Notes under the pieces: model-generated | What the model saw: the letters and a program-made list of their open reading frames with translations, nothing else | Database searches by the model: none | What the model was told of the DNA's origin: nothing | Part shown: positions 25,624 to 27,696 of the stretch, one piece after another | Position numbering within the stretch: position 1 is the first letter of the stretch | How the letters are laid out: every line of letters starts with the position of its first letter | Assembly: GCA_050248855.1 (NCBI GenBank) | Contig: JBFWRP010000041.1 | Location: forward strand, 1 to 27,696 | Length of the DNA: 27,696 bases | Source of the DNA: Planctomycetota bacterium | GTDB taxonomy: Bacteria > Planctomycetota > PLA2 > JAEUHO01 | Reading direction: 5' to 3' | Made by a program: the position numbers and the translations under genes

Positions 25624-27390
25624 CTAGGCCAGCGGCACGTCCGACACGTCCCCCCGGCGCACCCGCACCCGGGCGTCGGCCACTTCCAGGCGCAGGTCGC
25701 ACGCCTCGAGCGTCGACAGGCGGTGGGCGATCATGAGGGTGGTCCGACCGACCATGAGCCGCTCCAGGGCCTCCAGCACCTCCGCCTCGGTGCCCGAGTC
25801 GAGCGCGCTGGTCGGCTCGTCGAGGATCAGGATGGGCGCGTCCCGCAGGAAGGCCCGAGCCAAGGACAGCCGCTGGCGCTCGCCGCCCGAGAGCCCCCCG
25901 CCGCCCTCGCCGAGCTGGGTGTCCAGGCCCTGCGGCAGGGCCTGTATGAAGCGGAGGGCCGCCGCCTGGCGGGCGGCCTCCTCGATCTCGCGCCGCGAGG
26001 CCCCGGGCCGGCCGTAGGCGATGTTCTCGGCCACCGAGGCGCGGAAGAGGATCGAGTCCTGCAGGACCATGGACATCTGGGCGCGCAGGTCCTTGAGTCG
26101 AAAGTCCCTGATATCGGTGCCGTCGAGGAGCACGCGCCCCTGCTGCGCCTCATGGAAGCGGGGCAGCAGCCCCAGCAGCGTGCTCTTCCCGGAGCCCGTG
26201 GGGCCGGCGATGCCGACCCGCGAGCCGGCGGGAATCGTGATGTCGACGTCGACCAGCACCGGGCGGGCCGGGTCGTAGCCGAAGGTCACGTGGTCGAAGC
26301 GGATCTCGCCGCGGGCCCGGGTGAGGGGCAGCGCGTCGGCCTTCTCGGGGGCTTCGGGCGCCTCGTCCAGAACCCGGTAGACGCGCTCCGCGCTGGCCAG
26401 GGCCCCTTGCAGAGCCGCCAGCCGCGTGCCGACCTCGCGCAGGGGCTCGAAGAGCTGCGAGAGGTAGGTGAACACCATCAGCAGCTCGCCGAGCGTGAGC
26501 TGGCCGCCCTGCACGTGGCGTGCACCGACCCAGAGGAGGGCCGCGGCACCGACGCCCGTGATGACGCCGACCAGGATGTCGAACACCCCGTGCACCCACA
26601 CGGCCCGCATGGCCGACTGCACGTGCCGCTCGCCGCGGTCGCGGTAGCGCGCACTCTCGCGCGCCTCCTGGCCGAACGCCTTGACCACGCGCAACGCCCC
26701 CAGCGTCTCGGAGACCACGCCGAGCGCGTCGCTCTCGCGCTCGCGCACCTCGGCCCAGCGCCGCCGCAGCCGGCCGCGGAACAGCTCGGTCAGGACGAAC
26801 AGGGCCGGGCCGCCGGCGATCGCGATCCACGCCAGGGTGGCGTCCAGCCGCCCCACGGCCACCAGCAACACGACGACCTTGACGAGTGCCGTGGCGAACG
26901 GGATCACGCCCTCGACCGCCACGGACTGGATCGAGCCCGCGTCGAACTGCAGGCGGTAGAGGGAGTCCGCCGCTCCGGCGCGGTGGTGGTAGCCGAGCGA
27001 GAGGCGCTGCAAGTGGTCGAAGAGGCGCGCCCGGAAGGCCAGCACGAGGCGCTGACCCACCTGGGTGCGCAGCAGCCACGCTCCCAGCTGCTGCAGCTGC
27101 ATCAGCAACGCGATCAGCAGCACGGCGCCGACGGCGACCACCAACAGCGAGTCGGCATCGCGCTGCAGGGTGTCGGGGATCACGCGCGCGAGCACGTCCG
27201 GGAGCGGCCTGTCCCCCAGGACGTGGTCCACCACGATCTTCACGGGAACGGGGAAGAGCAGCGCCAGGGGCGCCGCGAGGAGGCTCACGACGACGAGCAG
27301 CGCCACGCCACCCCAGTACGGCCGCGCATCCACAAGCAGGCGTCGGTAGAGCGCGGCGTCGCCGTAGGTCCGGGTGGGGGACGAGGACAC
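25624..27390 (-). CDS. ABC exporter, fused permease/ATP-binding (MsbA-like)
   Basis: 588 aa. TM domain, Walker A GPTGSGKST, signature LSGGERQR, Walker B ILILDEPTSALD, H-loop IAHRLST. Confidence 0.96.
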   Translation of the reverse strand: MSSSPTRTYGDAALYRRLLVDARPYWGGVALLVVVSLLAAPLALLFPVPVKIVVDHVLGDRPLPDVLARVIPDTLQRDADSLLVVAVGAVLLIALLMQLQQLGAWLLRTQVGQRLVLAFRARLFDHLQRLSLGYHHRAGAADSLYRLQFDAGSIQSVAVEGVIPFATALVKVVVLLVAVGRLDATLAWIAIAGGPALFVLTELFRGRLRRRWAEVRERESDALGVVSETLGALRVVKAFGQEARESARYRDRGERHVQSAMRAVWVHGVFDILVGVITGVGAAALLWVGARHVQGGQLTLGELLMVFTYLSQLFEPLREVGTRLAALQGALASAERVYRVLDEAPEAPEKADALPLTRARGEIRFDHVTFGYDPARPVLVDVDITIPAGSRVGIAGPTGSGKSTLLGLLPRFHEAQQGRVLLDGTDIRDFRLKDLRAQMSMVLQDSILFRASVAENIAYGRPGASRREIEEAARQAAALRFIQALPQGLDTQLGEGGGGLSGGERQRLSLARAFLRDAPILILDEPTSALDSGTEAEVLEALERLMVGRTTLMIAHRLSTLEACDLRLEVADARVRVRRGDVSDVPLA

Positions 27391-27523
27391 GCCGGGACGC
27401 TACCCGAAGCCCGCGCGAGGCGGCGTGTCCGATTGCGTAGGCGTTCAGCCCCTGGCGTGCGGGCGTGCGGCTCGCCAGGTGCTCGGTTTCAGAACACCTC
27501 CGCGAGCCTCGCGCGACCCCGGA

Positions 27524-27578
27524 CGTGTCAGGACCCTTGCCGCGGAGCGGCGCAGCCGCGACGTGGGCGAGGTGCCTG
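27524..27578. repeat. REP-like composite hairpin interrupted by the IS110 end
   Basis: Arm CAGGACCCTTGCC pairs imperfectly with GGCGAGGTGCCTG around an inner GCGGC-GCA-GCCGC stem. The right arm is a half copy of the GAGGTGCC-N-GGCACCTC palindrome. Confidence 0.5.
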
Positions 27579-27696
27579 CAATGAAACTCCCTACGCAGCG
27601 GTGGCGGCCTCCTTGAGCTCGACGTCGAATCCCATGGCGCGAAGCTTCTTCACCATGCGGTTGGCGGTGCGCTGTTGTTGCTGCTTGTCGACGTGG
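27576..27696 (-). mobile_element. Right end of an IS110-family insertion sequence (truncated by the window edge)
   Basis: Transposase C-terminus followed after 4 nt by TTTCATTGCAG, resembling the short right ends of this IS110 subgroup. No inverted repeat is seen. Confidence 0.7.
27591..27695 (-). CDS. IS110-family transposase, C-terminal 34 aa (partial)
   Basis: HVDKQQQQRTANRMVKKLRAMGFDVELKEAATAA* matches the r..rlv..L..lGy.V.l tail of IS110 transposases. It is absent from the supplied ORF track. Confidence 0.72.
   Translation of the reverse strand, partial: HVDKQQQQRTANRMVKKLRAMGFDVELKEAATAA

Noticed and set aside
1..27696. Whole window as a composite transposon
   Set aside because: The two ends do not demonstrably belong to the same IS, and the interior has housekeeping genes (purE, mgtE, fdxA) with uniform composition. 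Contig breakage at repeats is more likely.

Overview
High-GC bacterial chromosomal segment. The gene style (HEAT-VWA, CRTAC1/ASPIC-UnbV, ECF plus VWA anti-sigma, exported DSP phosphatase) suggests a Planctomycetota-like organism, which is an inference. It carries 22 complete CDS. Housekeeping-type genes are DUF72, mgtE, an NPEPL1-like M17 leucyl aminopeptidase, a Nudix CoA pyrophosphatase, a 7Fe ferredoxin, an exported M1 aminopeptidase with HEAT repeats, purE and an ABC exporter. Less well understood modules are: (i) a tightly coupled 4-gene operon (unknown protein, YceH/DUF480, membrane-anchored Cys phosphatase, membrane protein); (ii) an ECF sigma / zinc-less anti-sigma-VWA / HEAT-VWA operon with a divergent Spy/CpxP-like gene, both sides having ECF-type promoter motifs; (iii) an exported protein with two ExbD-like domains; (iv) several surface proteins (Cys-rich lipoprotein, Tyr/Pro-repeat protein, 4x IPT/TIG + NIDO-like lipoprotein, CRTAC1-like lipoprotein). 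The right edge is the C-terminus of an IS110-family transposase. Its end sits in the centre of a short palindrome family (GGTGYC-N-GRCACC) that recurs in other intergenic regions, suggesting REP-like targeting. The left edge may be the end of another mobile element. All family calls come from motif recognition by eye, with no database search.
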